64,000 nucleotides of DNA, from positions 2,701 to 66,700 of the forward strand of contig JBLNDO010000055.1 in the NCBI GenBank assembly GCA_050261675.1. Reading direction: 5' to 3'. This document shows positions 1 through 9,148 of the stretch, in pieces. Source of the DNA: Bacillota bacterium (GTDB lineage: Bacteria > Pseudomonadota > Gammaproteobacteria > Natronospirales > REEB76). Below the pieces are notes generated by a model, which had not been told where the DNA came from, ran no database searches, and saw nothing but the letters and a program-made list of their open reading frames with translations. Numbering within the stretch: position 1 is the stretch's first letter; each line of letters starts with the position of its first letter. Position numbers and translations under genes: made by a program.

Positions 1-399
1 GACGCCGACCAGGACGTAGACCAGCATCGCCAGCGTCACCGCGGAACCGAGCACCACGAAGACCGCGAAGATCGCGGGCGGCGGCCCCGAGCCGACCGCC
101 TTGCGGCGCCGGTACGGATAGCTCGCCTGAAGCGCCAGCATCGGCACTCCGAACAGCACCCCCGCGATCCGCCACAGACCCGGCTGCGCAAGGTCGAAGA
201 GCGCCAGCAGCGCCGGTAAGATCGCCGCCGCGGTCAAGACGAAGATGTACGTCATGATGGTCCTAGCGATGTAGCGGTCGAGCAGCGACAGCTTCGCTCC
301 CGCGGCCTGCCGGACGACGTACAGAAGCGCCGAGAACCCCGCGAACGTGACCATCACGCCCGCCAAGGTGTACAGAAGGACTGCGCCTTTGATTTCCAT
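1..399 (-). CDS. Hypothetical multi-pass membrane protein (3' end outside the window)
   Basis: Manual translation from ATG at 399 gives MEIKGAVLLYTLAGVMVTFAGFSALLYVVRQAAG..., which is hydrophobic and open to the window edge; RBS GAGGGGA upstream. Not in the ORF track. Confidence 0.7.
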   Translation of the reverse strand, partial: MEIKGAVLLYTLAGVMVTFAGFSALLYVVRQAAGAKLSLLDRYIARTIMTYIFVLTAAAILPALLALFDLAQPGLWRIAGVLFGVPMLALQASYPYRRRKAVGSGPPPAIFAVFVVLGSAVTLAMLVYVLVGV

Positions 400-410
400 G
401 TTATCCCCTC

Positions 411-433
411 AAGAAATCGCGGTCTGTGCCCCT
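411..433 (+). repeat. Short dispersed GTCTGTCCCC-family repeat, copy R1
   Basis: aagaaatcgcggtctgtgcccct; the first 17 nt are identical to R2 at 1980. Confidence 0.8.
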
Positions 434-442
434 GCCATTTTC

Positions 443-1966
443 TCACCAATCCAAATCGCCCATGAGCCCGGCGTAGGTCTCGATGCCATCCCAAAGGTTC
501 TGTAGGCGCAGGTTCTCGTCGTGGGCGTGCTGATTGTCGTCGTGGTTGGCGATGGGCACGCCGATCACCGGAGTCTTGAAGACCTCCGCGAAGAGGTACA
601 TGGGCACGCTGCCGCCGAGCATGGGCTGGAGGATCACCGGCTGACCGGCAGCACGGCCGGCGGCGGCGATCACGGCCTTCGATGCCGGCAGGGACATGTC
701 GGTGCGCCAGGCCGGGTAACCGCTCTCCCACTGCATCCGCAGGAGGCGCGGCGCGGCCATGCGTTCCTCAGGCGTAGGCTCATGGTCGATCAGGGTGTAA
801 CCCTTCGACTTCAGATACGCCTCGACCTTGGCGCGGGCGTCTTCCGGGGTCTGGTCGGGCACGAGACGCAGGTCCAGGGAGACCTTCGCGTCCACCGGTA
901 TGGCATTGGCGGCCTCCGCCCCCACGTGGCCGGAGCTCAAGCCGCGCACGTTGATGGCCGGGCGCATGAGGCTGTCGCCGAGCCTTTCCGTGCCCTCGCT
1001 GCGGCCGATCTCCAGTTCCTTCTTGAGGCCCGTCTCCGCGTCCGGCGTCGCGGCGAGCGCCTCTTTCTCGGCGGTCGTCAGCGGGCGCACGTGATCAGAA
1101 TAGCCCGGGACCAGGATGCGGCCCTCGCTGTCGCGAAGGAACGCCACGATCTCGGCAGCCATCACCGCCGGGTTCGGCACCCAGTTGCCGTAGTGGCCGC
1201 TGTGCATGGCCTTGATGGGACCGTAGACCGTCATCTCGAGGGCAGTGTCGCCGCGCGCGCCGAAGAAGAGCTGCGGCCGGCGGCTCTGGTGCACCGGGCC
1301 GTCGCCGATGATCCAGAGGTCGGACTTGAGCAAGTCCTGGTTGGCGCGCAGGATCGCCTCGATATGCGGCGAGCCCTGCTCTTCCTCGCCGTCGAAGAAC
1401 AGTTTCACGTTCACCGTGGGCTTGCGACCGGAGGCTTTCAGCGCGTCGAGGGCCGAGAGGATTGCCTCCTCCGAATCCTTGTCGTCGCCCGCCCCGCGCG
1501 CATAGAGCCGCCATTCGGGGTCGAGGACGGTGGCCGCGCGCCAGTCCACATCCTTGCCGTCGGGCCCGTCGCGCATCACCGGCGTGAACGGCGGCGAGCG
1601 CCACTGGGAGGGCGTGACCGGCTGGCCGTCGTAATGGGAGTAGTAGACCACGGTGCGCTTGGCGCCGGGGACCTTGAGCTCCCCATAGACATCCGGCGGC
1701 GTGCCGGGGCCGGCCGAGAGGATCCTGGCCTTGAGGCCACGGGCCTCGATCATTTTCACCAGCAGCCTGGCGTTGGCCTCGATGTCGGGCACGTTGGTGG
1801 CCACGTCCGGCAGCGCCAGGAAATCCGTGAACTCGCCCAGGATCTGCCGCGCGTGGGCCTTGCGCCAGGCCTCGACCTGATCGTGGAGCGGCGCGGGTGT
1901 GGATGACGCAGCGGAGGCCGCCGCCACCACAAGCAAGAAAGCGAGCGCGAAAGAAGATCTCATCAT
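443..1966 (-). CDS. Secreted M20/M25/M40 family metallopeptidase
   Basis: Signal peptide; motifs HYDGQP, ARGAGDDK, GEEEQGS and NHDDNQHAHDEN. Confidence 0.9.
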   Translation of the reverse strand: MMRSSFALAFLLVVAAASAASSTPAPLHDQVEAWRKAHARQILGEFTDFLALPDVATNVPDIEANARLLVKMIEARGLKARILSAGPGTPPDVYGELKVPGAKRTVVYYSHYDGQPVTPSQWRSPPFTPVMRDGPDGKDVDWRAATVLDPEWRLYARGAGDDKDSEEAILSALDALKASGRKPTVNVKLFFDGEEEQGSPHIEAILRANQDLLKSDLWIIGDGPVHQSRRPQLFFGARGDTALEMTVYGPIKAMHSGHYGNWVPNPAVMAAEIVAFLRDSEGRILVPGYSDHVRPLTTAEKEALAATPDAETGLKKELEIGRSEGTERLGDSLMRPAINVRGLSSGHVGAEAANAIPVDAKVSLDLRLVPDQTPEDARAKVEAYLKSKGYTLIDHEPTPEERMAAPRLLRMQWESGYPAWRTDMSLPASKAVIAAAGRAAGQPVILQPMLGGSVPMYLFAEVFKTPVIGVPIANHDDNQHAHDENLRLQNLWDGIETYAGLMGDLDW

Positions 1967-1979
1967 CGAACCTCTTCCA

Positions 1980-2046
1980 AAGAAATCGCGGTCTGTCCCC
2001 TATGACGATGGGCCCACTGAACCGTGGTCAGGCCCGATTAATTCCC
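1980..2046 (+). repeat. GTCTGTCCCC-family repeats R2 (1980-2003) and degenerate R3 (2020-2046)
   Basis: aagaaatcgcggtctgtcccctat and aaccgtggtcaggcccgattaattccc. Confidence 0.75.
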
Positions 2047-2131
2047 ATCGATTCGGCCTGAACTTCATAGGTGAGACAAGGTCCGAAAGAATACCCTTTC
2101 GATCGTCACCCTGTCGCCGAGGATTAAGCCT

Positions 2132-2905
2132 ATGTCAAAGCTCGGATTTTCATTGGCTCTGGCTCTCAGTGTGATGGCCTCTGCCGCCTGGGCGGCGGAG
2201 GCGCCCTTCGTGGGCACATGGAAGCTGGACCCATCCAAAACAACGCTGGCCGACGTGATGAAAGTCGAGAGCGCCGGCGGCAACAAATATACCTTCGACG
2301 TCGGCGGAGGTCCGGAGACCGTGACGGCCGACGGCACCGATCAGCCGGGCTACGCCGGGACCACGGTGGCTGTCACCCTCACGGGCCCGGATTCCCTGAA
2401 ATTCGTCCGCAAGCAGGCGGGGCGCGTCCTGCTCACCGCGTACTGGAAGCTCTCCCAGGATGGCAGCACGCTCAACGATGACTTCACGTCTTTTGCGCCC
2501 GATGGGTCTCCCTCCAACGTGAAGATGGTGTTTGCGCGGACAGCGGGGACCTCGGGGTTAATGGGGACCTGGGAAAGCACCAGCGCGGCGGTGAACTTCC
2601 AGCTCACGATCACTATCCAGCCCTACGACGGGAGCGGCCTTTCCCTCATCCCCACCTCGGACAAGCCCAAGAACCTGACATTCGACGGCAAGGACTATCC
2701 GAACTTGAGTTCCAACGCGCCCGCCGGGTCCACGTATTCCGCCAGGCGGGTCAGCGCGCGCAGCTTCGAGATGACCGACAAGGTCGACGGCAAGGTCATG
2801 GACACTCGGGAGTACGTGCTCTCTCCCGATCATAAGACCCTGACGGTGACCATCCACAAGACCGGCGTGCGCAGCCCCAACATCCTGGTGTTCGAGCGGC
2901 TGTAG
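2132..2905 (+). CDS. Secreted protein with two tandem lipocalin-like beta domains
   Basis: Signal peptide; internal duplication FVGTWKL/LMGTWES, ADGTDQP/FDGKDYP, LSQDGSTL/LSPDHKTL. Confidence 0.75.
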   Translation: MSKLGFSLALALSVMASAAWAAEAPFVGTWKLDPSKTTLADVMKVESAGGNKYTFDVGGGPETVTADGTDQPGYAGTTVAVTLTGPDSLKFVRKQAGRVLLTAYWKLSQDGSTLNDDFTSFAPDGSPSNVKMVFARTAGTSGLMGTWESTSAAVNFQLTITIQPYDGSGLSLIPTSDKPKNLTFDGKDYPNLSSNAPAGSTYSARRVSARSFEMTDKVDGKVMDTREYVLSPDHKTLTVTIHKTGVRSPNILVFERL

Positions 2906-3038
2906 ATTTAAAGGGCTCTAATCCCTTTCCCATTTCTCTCCCGAATTAGGGCGGAAACCGTCCTATTAGCTGGTCATCCTGCGCGCCAGTACGGCACCCC
3001 CGCGTCCGTATCCCACTGGCACAGCACGGGAGAAGCCC

Positions 3039-3632
3039 ATGACCACACGCACATTGCTCAAGTTCAGCCTGGCCGCGGCCCTCCTGGGCCTGTCGGGCCT
3101 CAGTCTTGCCACCCAGGACAGCCTGCAGCCGCGACAGGGCAACGACCTCTCCGGCCTCCACGCCTTCGACCTGCGGGCCGGATGCTGGACCATCCACAAT
3201 CATGTGCTGAAGGAGCGGCTGGCCGGCAGCCACGACTGGTTCGATTACGAGGGCTTCCAGCGCCTGTGGATCACCATGGGCGGCTACGGCAACGTGGACG
3301 ACACCGAGCTGCGCAAGCCGGACGGGACCTACTACGGCGTGACGGTGCGTGCCTACGATCCCAAGACCGGCACCTGGTCCATCTGGTGGTACGACGGCCG
3401 CAATCCCTCCGGCGATCTGGCCCCGCCGGTAAAGGGGCGCTTCAAGGACGGCGTGGGCAGCTTCTATTCCGACGACAGCCTGCGCGGCAAACCCATCAAG
3501 GTGCGCTTCACCTGGTCAGGCATCACCGCCACCGCCGCCCACTGGGAACAGGCCTTCTCCGGCGACGGCGGCAAAACCTGGGAGACCAACTGGACCGCCG
3601 ACTTCAACAAGACAGATTGCACGGCCCACTGA
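3039..3632 (+). CDS. Secreted DUF1579-like protein
   Basis: Signal peptide; AFDLRAGCW...YDPKTGTWSIWW...WEQAFSGDGGKTWETNW. Confidence 0.75.
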   Translation: MTTRTLLKFSLAAALLGLSGLSLATQDSLQPRQGNDLSGLHAFDLRAGCWTIHNHVLKERLAGSHDWFDYEGFQRLWITMGGYGNVDDTELRKPDGTYYGVTVRAYDPKTGTWSIWWYDGRNPSGDLAPPVKGRFKDGVGSFYSDDSLRGKPIKVRFTWSGITATAAHWEQAFSGDGGKTWETNWTADFNKTDCTAH

Positions 3633-3666
3633 GCGCGCTGCCCGCGGCCGGTGAAGCCGCGGGCGC

Positions 3667-4200
3667 TCAGCCCTTTTTCTTCCCTCTTCTGGCGCGCGAA
3701 GGGGATCCCCGCAAACGATCCACGAAGGGCATGCGCCGGCAGGCCTGTTCCATCCGCCACAAGGCATCGAAGAGCCCGGGGGCCGCTTCGTCCATCAAGG
3801 CTTGCGAGGTCTCGGCCATGCGCGTCAGCGCCTTGCGCAGGCGCTGGGTCTCGGCGACGCCCTTGGCAGTGAGTTCGACGACCGTCCGGCGCCGATCGGT
3901 CTTGTCGGCGCGGGTCTCCACGAAACCGTGTTGCTGCAGCTGCTTGATCCAGTTGATGACCAGCGGGTGGGATTGACGCAGCAAGGCGGCGATCTCGGTG
4001 ACACCCAAGGGGCCATGTTCATCGAGAGCCAACAAGGTGGAGGTGGTGCGGGGCGGCGCGGTGACGCCCATCTCGGGATACCAGACATCGGCGCCGCGCA
4101 CGAGCTCATCGAAAAGCCGGCCCAGCAAGTGAGCGAGATACGCGGGTCCTTGGCTGCGGATGAAGTCTCTGTCCAGCTGCTCCTCGCGCTTCGCTTGCAT
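3667..4200 (-). CDS. MarR family transcriptional regulator
   Basis: Winged HTH with D-x-R-R motif (DKTDRRRTVVELTAKG). Confidence 0.9.
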   Translation of the reverse strand: MQAKREEQLDRDFIRSQGPAYLAHLLGRLFDELVRGADVWYPEMGVTAPPRTTSTLLALDEHGPLGVTEIAALLRQSHPLVINWIKQLQQHGFVETRADKTDRRRTVVELTAKGVAETQRLRKALTRMAETSQALMDEAAPGLFDALWRMEQACRRMPFVDRLRGSPSRARRGKKKG

Positions 4201-4263
4201 GCCTTGACCGCCCTGATGGAGTTATGTAAGAGTTTACCTATTTTCCACCTTGCGGGACAAGCC

Positions 4264-5598
4264 ATGCGTCTCCTCGCACTCTCCGCCGCCGTGGTCTTGG
4301 CCATGACGGCACCGGCCGCTCACGCCACGGCCGTACCGGACACCCACAGCGGCGATTGCGCCGTGGGCATCTACCAACTGACCGATGGCAGCAAGCTCGA
4401 CGTCGGCATGAGCGATGGCGGTCACCTGCGTTGGCGCCAGGAAGACGGCACCACCGGGCTGCTGAGCGAGGACGGGGAAGGCGCCTGGACCAGCGCCCTG
4501 GGATGGACCGGCCGCCCGGACGGCAAGCGCCTGAGCTTCGATTGCGCCCAGGAGCACGTGAGCTTCGCGGGCGTCTCGGGCAAGCGGATTCCGCTGCAGG
4601 TGACCGATGTGACCTTCCAGGGCGCCGGCGTGCCGCTCGCCGGGCGGCTGGTGATGCCGCCGGGCACCGCCCGGGTGCCCATCGTGGTGCTGATTCACGG
4701 TTCGGAGGATTTCTCGGCTCTGGACTTCTATTCCCTGCAACGGCAGTTCCCCGCCGAGGGTATCGGCGTGTTCGTGTACGACAAGCGCGGCACGGGGAAA
4801 TCCGGCGGCAGCTATACCCAGAACTTCCTGCTGCTGGCGGATGACGCCATCGCGGCGGTGGAGGAAGCCAAGCAGCTGGCCGGCGCACGGGCCGGCCGCA
4901 TCGGCTACCAGGGCGGCAGCGAGGGCGGCTGGGTTGCGCCGCTGGCGGCGAAGATGTCGCCCGTGGATTTCGTGATCGTGGGGTTCGGTCTCGCGGTATC
5001 GCCGCTGGACGAGGACCGGGAGGCCATCGAATACGACATGCGATCCGAAGGTTACGGTCCGGACGTGATGGCCAAGGCCATGCAGGTCGCAGATGCCTCG
5101 GCGGGTATCCTACTCAGCGACTTCCGCTCGGGCTACGACAAGCTCGACGCGCTCAAGACCCAATACGGCAAGGAGCCCTGGTTCAAGCGCGTACGCGGCG
5201 ACGTGACCTGGGCCTTGCTCGCCTGGCCGACGGAACAACTGAAACAGAAGGGACCGATACTCTTCGACGGCGTGCCGGCCCAGTACGATCCCATGCCGGT
5301 GTTGCGAAACCTGGATACGCCGCAACTCTGGATCCTCGGCGCCGAGGATGAGGACGCACCCAGTGAGGAGACCAGCAAACGCCTACAGAGCCTGCAGAAG
5401 ACCGGGCGCCCGATCACGCTCGCGGTGTTCCCGCACGCCGAGCACGGCATCTACGAATACGAGACCACGGCCACCGGCGAACGCCTGGACACGCGCAATC
5501 CGGAAGGTTATTTCGCCATGATGCGCGATTTCATCCTGGACGGACGGATCGGCAATCAGCCTTACGGCAACAGTGCGATCTACCGCTCGACGAAGTAG
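4264..5598 (+). CDS. Secreted alpha/beta hydrolase (S9/CocE-like)
   Basis: Signal peptide from ATG 4264; HGS, YDKRGTG, nucleophile GGSEGG, and catalytic D (GAEDED) and H (AEHG). Confidence 0.85.
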   Translation: MRLLALSAAVVLAMTAPAAHATAVPDTHSGDCAVGIYQLTDGSKLDVGMSDGGHLRWRQEDGTTGLLSEDGEGAWTSALGWTGRPDGKRLSFDCAQEHVSFAGVSGKRIPLQVTDVTFQGAGVPLAGRLVMPPGTARVPIVVLIHGSEDFSALDFYSLQRQFPAEGIGVFVYDKRGTGKSGGSYTQNFLLLADDAIAAVEEAKQLAGARAGRIGYQGGSEGGWVAPLAAKMSPVDFVIVGFGLAVSPLDEDREAIEYDMRSEGYGPDVMAKAMQVADASAGILLSDFRSGYDKLDALKTQYGKEPWFKRVRGDVTWALLAWPTEQLKQKGPILFDGVPAQYDPMPVLRNLDTPQLWILGAEDEDAPSEETSKRLQSLQKTGRPITLAVFPHAEHGIYEYETTATGERLDTRNPEGYFAMMRDFILDGRIGNQPYGNSAIYRSTK

Positions 5599-5835
5599 CC
5601 GCGGACGGAAACGTACAGAACAGCCACTTACCGCGCCTGGGTCGCGATGGCTGGTGGCGGAGAAGCGGGCTTCGGAATCGGGCAAGAGACCGGTTCGATA
5701 ACATATTAGATGAAGACCTAAGCCCCTCGATCTTCCGTCCGGCGTGGTTCATATTTCCTTGGCAGGCGAAGCGGCTCTCCCATTCCATGCGCAGAGCCGA
5801 TTCACGGAAAGGTATGCAAGGCAATCGGAGCCCCA

Positions 5836-6393
5836 ATGAGAAAACTGATCTACGCCATCAACGTGACCTTGGATGGCTGCTGCGACCACAGGAAGGTGAT
5901 CGCGGATGAAGAGCTGCACGATTATTACACGCAGCTCTTGCGGGAGATCGGGACCTTCGTCTATGGGCGCATCACCCATCAATTGATGGTCCCCTATTGG
6001 CCCGAGATGGCAAAGAACCAGTCCGGGTCAAGGGCGGAGAACGCGTTTGCCAAGGGCTTCGACGCGGTCGGCCAGACCGTCGTTTTCTCGCGCTCGCTGG
6101 CCAAGGCCGAGGGAAAGAACACGCGGATCGTCCGGTCGGGCCTTCGAGACGAGATCCTCAAACTGAAGCAGGAACCGGGGAAAGACATCCTGGTGGGCGG
6201 CGTGGACATCCCCTCGCAGCTCATGGCGCTGGACCTCATCGACGAATATCGCTTCGTGGTGCAGCCGATCATCGCGGGGGAAGGGAGACGCCTGTCGGCG
6301 GCCATCAAGCCACAGGAAGGACTGCGGTTGAAGCTCGCTGGGTCGAAGGCTTTCAAGTCCGGCTGCGTGGCGCTGCACTACACCAGACGGTGA
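5836..6393 (+). CDS. Dihydrofolate reductase-like (RibD C-terminal) protein
   Basis: MRKLIYAINVTLDG...GKDILVGG...LIDEYRFVVQPIIAGEG. Confidence 0.9.
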   Translation: MRKLIYAINVTLDGCCDHRKVIADEELHDYYTQLLREIGTFVYGRITHQLMVPYWPEMAKNQSGSRAENAFAKGFDAVGQTVVFSRSLAKAEGKNTRIVRSGLRDEILKLKQEPGKDILVGGVDIPSQLMALDLIDEYRFVVQPIIAGEGRRLSAAIKPQEGLRLKLAGSKAFKSGCVALHYTRR

Positions 6394-6421
6394 AAGGCTC
6401 TTGCTGCCCCGCGATCAAGAT

Positions 6422-6994
6422 TCAGTACACCCAGGGGATGAGGCGCTGGGTGCGGCGCTGGTAGTCCACGTAGCGGTCACCCAAACCCTTTACCAAGGCA
6501 ATCTCCTCCACGTGAATGCGGTAGCCGTAGGAAACGAGCGCCGCCGCGAGCACCACCAGGGCCGAGAGCCAGTTGCCCAGGGCGAAGCCGAAACCGAATA
6601 AAGCCACAATCGCGCCGAGATAGCTCGGGTGACGCACCCAGGAGTAGAGCCCTTTGTCCATGAGCGGATGGTCCGCCTCGATCGCCACCACCGGCATGTG
6701 CAGCCTTCCCAACTGCCGGATAGCGAGGAAGCGGATCCCGATCCCCAACGCCATGACCGCGAATCCGAAGAGCTGCAGCGGCACGGCCGCCGCGCCGAAG
6801 CTTCCGATGGGGCCGTAGGACCGGAAGATGGCCACGGCGATGCCGACCCACAGGACCAGCATCAGCCAGCCGAGGGAGCCGCGGTCGGCGCTCTTGGCGC
6901 GGCGGCTGTACCTGCTGAACACCCAAAGCAAGTCCAGCAGGAGCCAGGCCCAGAGCGAGAAACAGGCGACGTTACGCAAGTCCAGAGACATCAT
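6422..6994 (-). CDS. Isoprenylcysteine carboxyl methyltransferase family membrane protein
   Basis: GLYSWVRHPSY and RIHVEE motifs; start could extend to 7030. Confidence 0.85.
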   Translation of the reverse strand: MMSLDLRNVACFSLWAWLLLDLLWVFSRYSRRAKSADRGSLGWLMLVLWVGIAVAIFRSYGPIGSFGAAAVPLQLFGFAVMALGIGIRFLAIRQLGRLHMPVVAIEADHPLMDKGLYSWVRHPSYLGAIVALFGFGFALGNWLSALVVLAAALVSYGYRIHVEEIALVKGLGDRYVDYQRRTQRLIPWVY

Positions 6995-7207
6995 CGCAAC
7001 CCCCGCGAAGTGCAAAGAGTCTTCGCTCAATCCGCGGAGACCATTATCCGAGCGGCGGCGTGGCCCGGGTAGTGATAACTGTCATCGTTCTTGGCTGATG
7101 GCATGGGACCGGATGCTCTGCCGCCCATCGTCCATCCATATCCCTACGATCCAAACCCAGCTTGACCGCGTGAGCCCCGCGGCCGATGATTTCGCCAAGG
7201 AGCCGAA

Positions 7208-7846
7208 ATGACCATCACCATCACCGCGTTCGAACGCTCCCCCGACGGCGGCAAGGGACTGGCGCGGGACACGCGCGTGCGCTGGGCGCTGGAGGAAGTG
7301 CGGCAGCCCTACGAGGTGCGCTACGTCTCCTTCAAGGCCATGAAGGAAGCCGCGCACCTGGCGGTGCATCCCTTCGGCCAGATCCCCACCTACGAGGAAG
7401 ACGGCCTCGTCCTGTTCGAGTCCGGGGCGATCGTGCTCCACATCGCCGAGCAGCATGCGGGCCTGTTCCCCAAGGACGCCGATGCCCGGGCCCGGGCCAT
7501 CGCCTGGATGTTCGCGGCGCTCAGCACCGTCGAGCCGCCGATCCTCGAGCTCTCCATCGCCAAGTTCCAGGAGGGCGACAAGCCCTGGGGCCCGGAACGC
7601 ATACCGCTGGTCAAGGACCGGATCCGCGCGCGGCTGAACCCGCTCTCGGAACGCCTGGGCAAGGCCGAGTGGCTCGACGGCGCGTTCAGCGCCGGGGACC
7701 TGATGATGGTCTCGGTGCTGCTGAGGCTCCGGGCCTCGGGCCTCCTGGACGAGTTCCCGAACCTGGCGGCCTACGTGGCCCGCGGCGAGGCGCGGCCCGC
7801 CTATCAGCGGGCCTTCGCCGCACAACTGGCGGTCAACGCCCGCTGA
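7208..7846 (+). CDS. Glutathione S-transferase family protein
   Basis: HPFGQIP, LFESGAI and FSAGDL motifs; RBS AAGGAG. Confidence 0.92.
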   Translation: MTITITAFERSPDGGKGLARDTRVRWALEEVRQPYEVRYVSFKAMKEAAHLAVHPFGQIPTYEEDGLVLFESGAIVLHIAEQHAGLFPKDADARARAIAWMFAALSTVEPPILELSIAKFQEGDKPWGPERIPLVKDRIRARLNPLSERLGKAEWLDGAFSAGDLMMVSVLLRLRASGLLDEFPNLAAYVARGEARPAYQRAFAAQLAVNAR

Positions 7847-7896
7847 GCGGGGCTTCCGTATCCAGCGGCAAGGGATGGGTCGAAGCTCAAATCCAC
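7837..7896 (-). pseudogene. 5' remnant of the DpnI-like gene (codons 1-20)
   Basis: 48/60 nt ungapped identity (counted by hand) to 9856-9915; translates VDLSFDPSLAAGYGSPAQRA versus MDLSFDKSLAALYESPAQRA. Confidence 0.85.
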
Positions 7897-7913
7897 GTTT
7901 TCCCGTATTCATC

Positions 7914-7936
7914 AAACGTGGTCTGTCCCCTAATTA
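7914..7936 (+). repeat. GTCTGTCCCC-family repeat R4
   Basis: aaacgtggtctgtcccctaatta. Confidence 0.85.
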
Positions 7937-7984
7937 TAGGGGCTTGCGGCGCTCGATGATCCCCGGCACGAAGAAATGGCTGGG
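7937..7984 (-). pseudogene. Internal remnant of the DpnI-like gene
   Basis: 44/48 nt identical to 9526-9573; translates PSHFFVPGIIERRKPL versus PSHFFVPEIIERRKPL. Confidence 0.9.
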
Positions 7985-8018
7985 CGGAAGCCGGATCCAC
8001 GTTCTGTCAACCCGAAAT

Positions 8019-8042
8019 AACCACGGCCTTTCCCCGATTCCC
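8019..8042 (+). repeat. Degenerate GTCTGTCCCC-family repeat R5
   Basis: aaccacggcctttccccgattccc. Confidence 0.5.
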
Positions 8043-8123
8043 CACGCGATTGCGCGTATGCTGTGAGAAGTCCCGCCTCACCGCCCCGTCGATACGAACC
8101 CCTGCCCTTTCCCTGCCTTCGGC

Positions 8124-8471
8124 ATGGCGACTGCACCGGTAATCGACCACCACCGGAGCCCTCCCATGCCCATGGAAATATTTGAGTTCGTGAACGGTGC
8201 CCAGACCTACCGCATCCAGTTCGACATCGTGGCGCCGCCGCCGAGCGCCCACCCCAAGCCGGGCTTCACCCGCAACTTCGGGCTCAAGCCCCAGTTCACC
8301 GTGGCCAGCATCCGTATCGTCGAGATCACGCAGGGCGTCGGCGAGGACGGCCCCAAGAAGACGCTCAATTTCGCGCGCAGCTTCGACACCGTGGCCCAGG
8401 CCCGCACCGGCGCCGGCGAGTATGCCAAGCGCATCGTGCGCGAACAGATGGCGCCGAAACCGGCCGCTTAG
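8124..8471 (+). CDS. Hypothetical protein (start may be 8166 or 8172)
   Basis: ORF with host-like GC3 codon usage, followed by a terminator; no family recognised. Confidence 0.7.
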   Translation: MATAPVIDHHRSPPMPMEIFEFVNGAQTYRIQFDIVAPPPSAHPKPGFTRNFGLKPQFTVASIRIVEITQGVGEDGPKKTLNFARSFDTVAQARTGAGEYAKRIVREQMAPKPAA

Positions 8472-8497
8472 CCTTCAGCTTTCAGTTCTGGGGGAAT

Positions 8498-8530
8498 CCC
8501 CGTCAGCAGACGAGTGCTGGCGGGGTTTTT
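8498..8530 (+). terminator. Intrinsic terminator
   Basis: Stem ccccgtcagca/tgctggcgggg followed by ttttt; the right arm overlaps the DpnI remnant. Confidence 0.65.
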
Positions 8531-8567
8531 ATATCCAGCGGCGAGGGATGGGTCGAAGTCCAAATGC
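8516..8567 (-). pseudogene. Second 5' remnant of the DpnI-like gene
   Basis: Translates HLDFDPSLAAGYKNPA and then frameshifts; shares atccagcggcRagggatgggtcgaag with the 7837 remnant. Confidence 0.8.
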
Positions 8568-8587
8568 CCGTTGCTTCAGCCCCAAGT

Positions 8588-8612
8588 AAACGTGATCTGT
8601 CCCCTAATTCCC
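8588..8612 (+). repeat. GTCTGTCCCC-family repeat R6
   Basis: aaacgtgatctgtcccctaattccc. Confidence 0.8.
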
Positions 8613-8736
8613 TGCTTACGTGGGCCGAATGCTCGCAGAGCACCGATCAAATAAACAGCCCCTCCCCCATTTCACGTAATGGAGGGGGTGGATATATGAA
8701 TTTTTTGTGACAGACCCCCCTCTATACTTTCGCTCG

Positions 8737-8762
8737 AAACCGTGGGCTGTCCCTTATTATTA
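8737..8762 (+). repeat. GTCTGTCCCC-family repeat R7 (partial inverted copy at 8701-8718)
   Basis: aaaccgtgggctgtcccttattatta; abuts the stop codon of ORF 8760-8939. Confidence 0.7.
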
Positions 8763-8939
8763 TTCGCGCGTGTGAGGCCTCGTATCGCCTTTGTTCAGGC
8801 ACTTTGCAATTCGTGCTGCCCGCTCCTGGGCATCTTCGTGTTCGTCGTAGTCGCCACAGACGCAAATTTCTCGATTTGCGACATTGTCCACGACGACATA
8901 GGTTTCTAAATCAAACTGACTTACGGAATACCGGTTCAT
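8760..8939 (-). CDS. Small low-GC hypothetical protein (59 aa)
   Basis: MNRYSVSQFDLETYVVVDN...; RBS GAGGGGA; ATGA-coupled to the upstream ORF. Confidence 0.55.
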   Translation of the reverse strand: MNRYSVSQFDLETYVVVDNVANREICVCGDYDEHEDAQERAARIAKCLNKGDTRPHTRE

Positions 8940-9148
8940 ACAAGTCCCCTCTTGGTCCACACCTGAAATTCGGGATAAGACTGGCAATCTTGGAAATCCA
9001 TGTCTTTGTCGTCAGCCCAGACTAATTCTGTGAAATTCACATCGTCGTCGCTATATCCCCGGCACATGACCATGAATCCAGGAATGTATTGCTGAGCCCA
9101 CAAAGCGAAGCGAGCGAAAAATGGAGGTACTCGGATAGCCATAGTCAT
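8936..9148 (-). CDS. Small low-GC hypothetical protein (70 aa)
   Basis: Start overlaps the DpnI-like stop codon (ATGA coupling). Confidence 0.5.
   Translation of the reverse strand: MTMAIRVPPFFARFALWAQQYIPGFMVMCRGYSDDDVNFTELVWADDKDMDFQDCQSYPEFQVWTKRGLV

Noticed and set aside
2909-2928. aaagggctctaatcccttt as another member of the cassette repeat family
   Set aside because: Too divergent from the GTCTGTCCCC consensus; it may simply be a weak hairpin.
5599-5835. Possible gene remnant in a long intergenic gap
   Set aside because: No recognisable protein in any frame I translated.
411-8762. CRISPR array or integron attC interpretation of the short repeats
   Set aside because: Spacing is irregular (tens of bp to kb) and no cas or intI gene is present. 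I saw no RYYYAAC/GTTRRRY attC structure.
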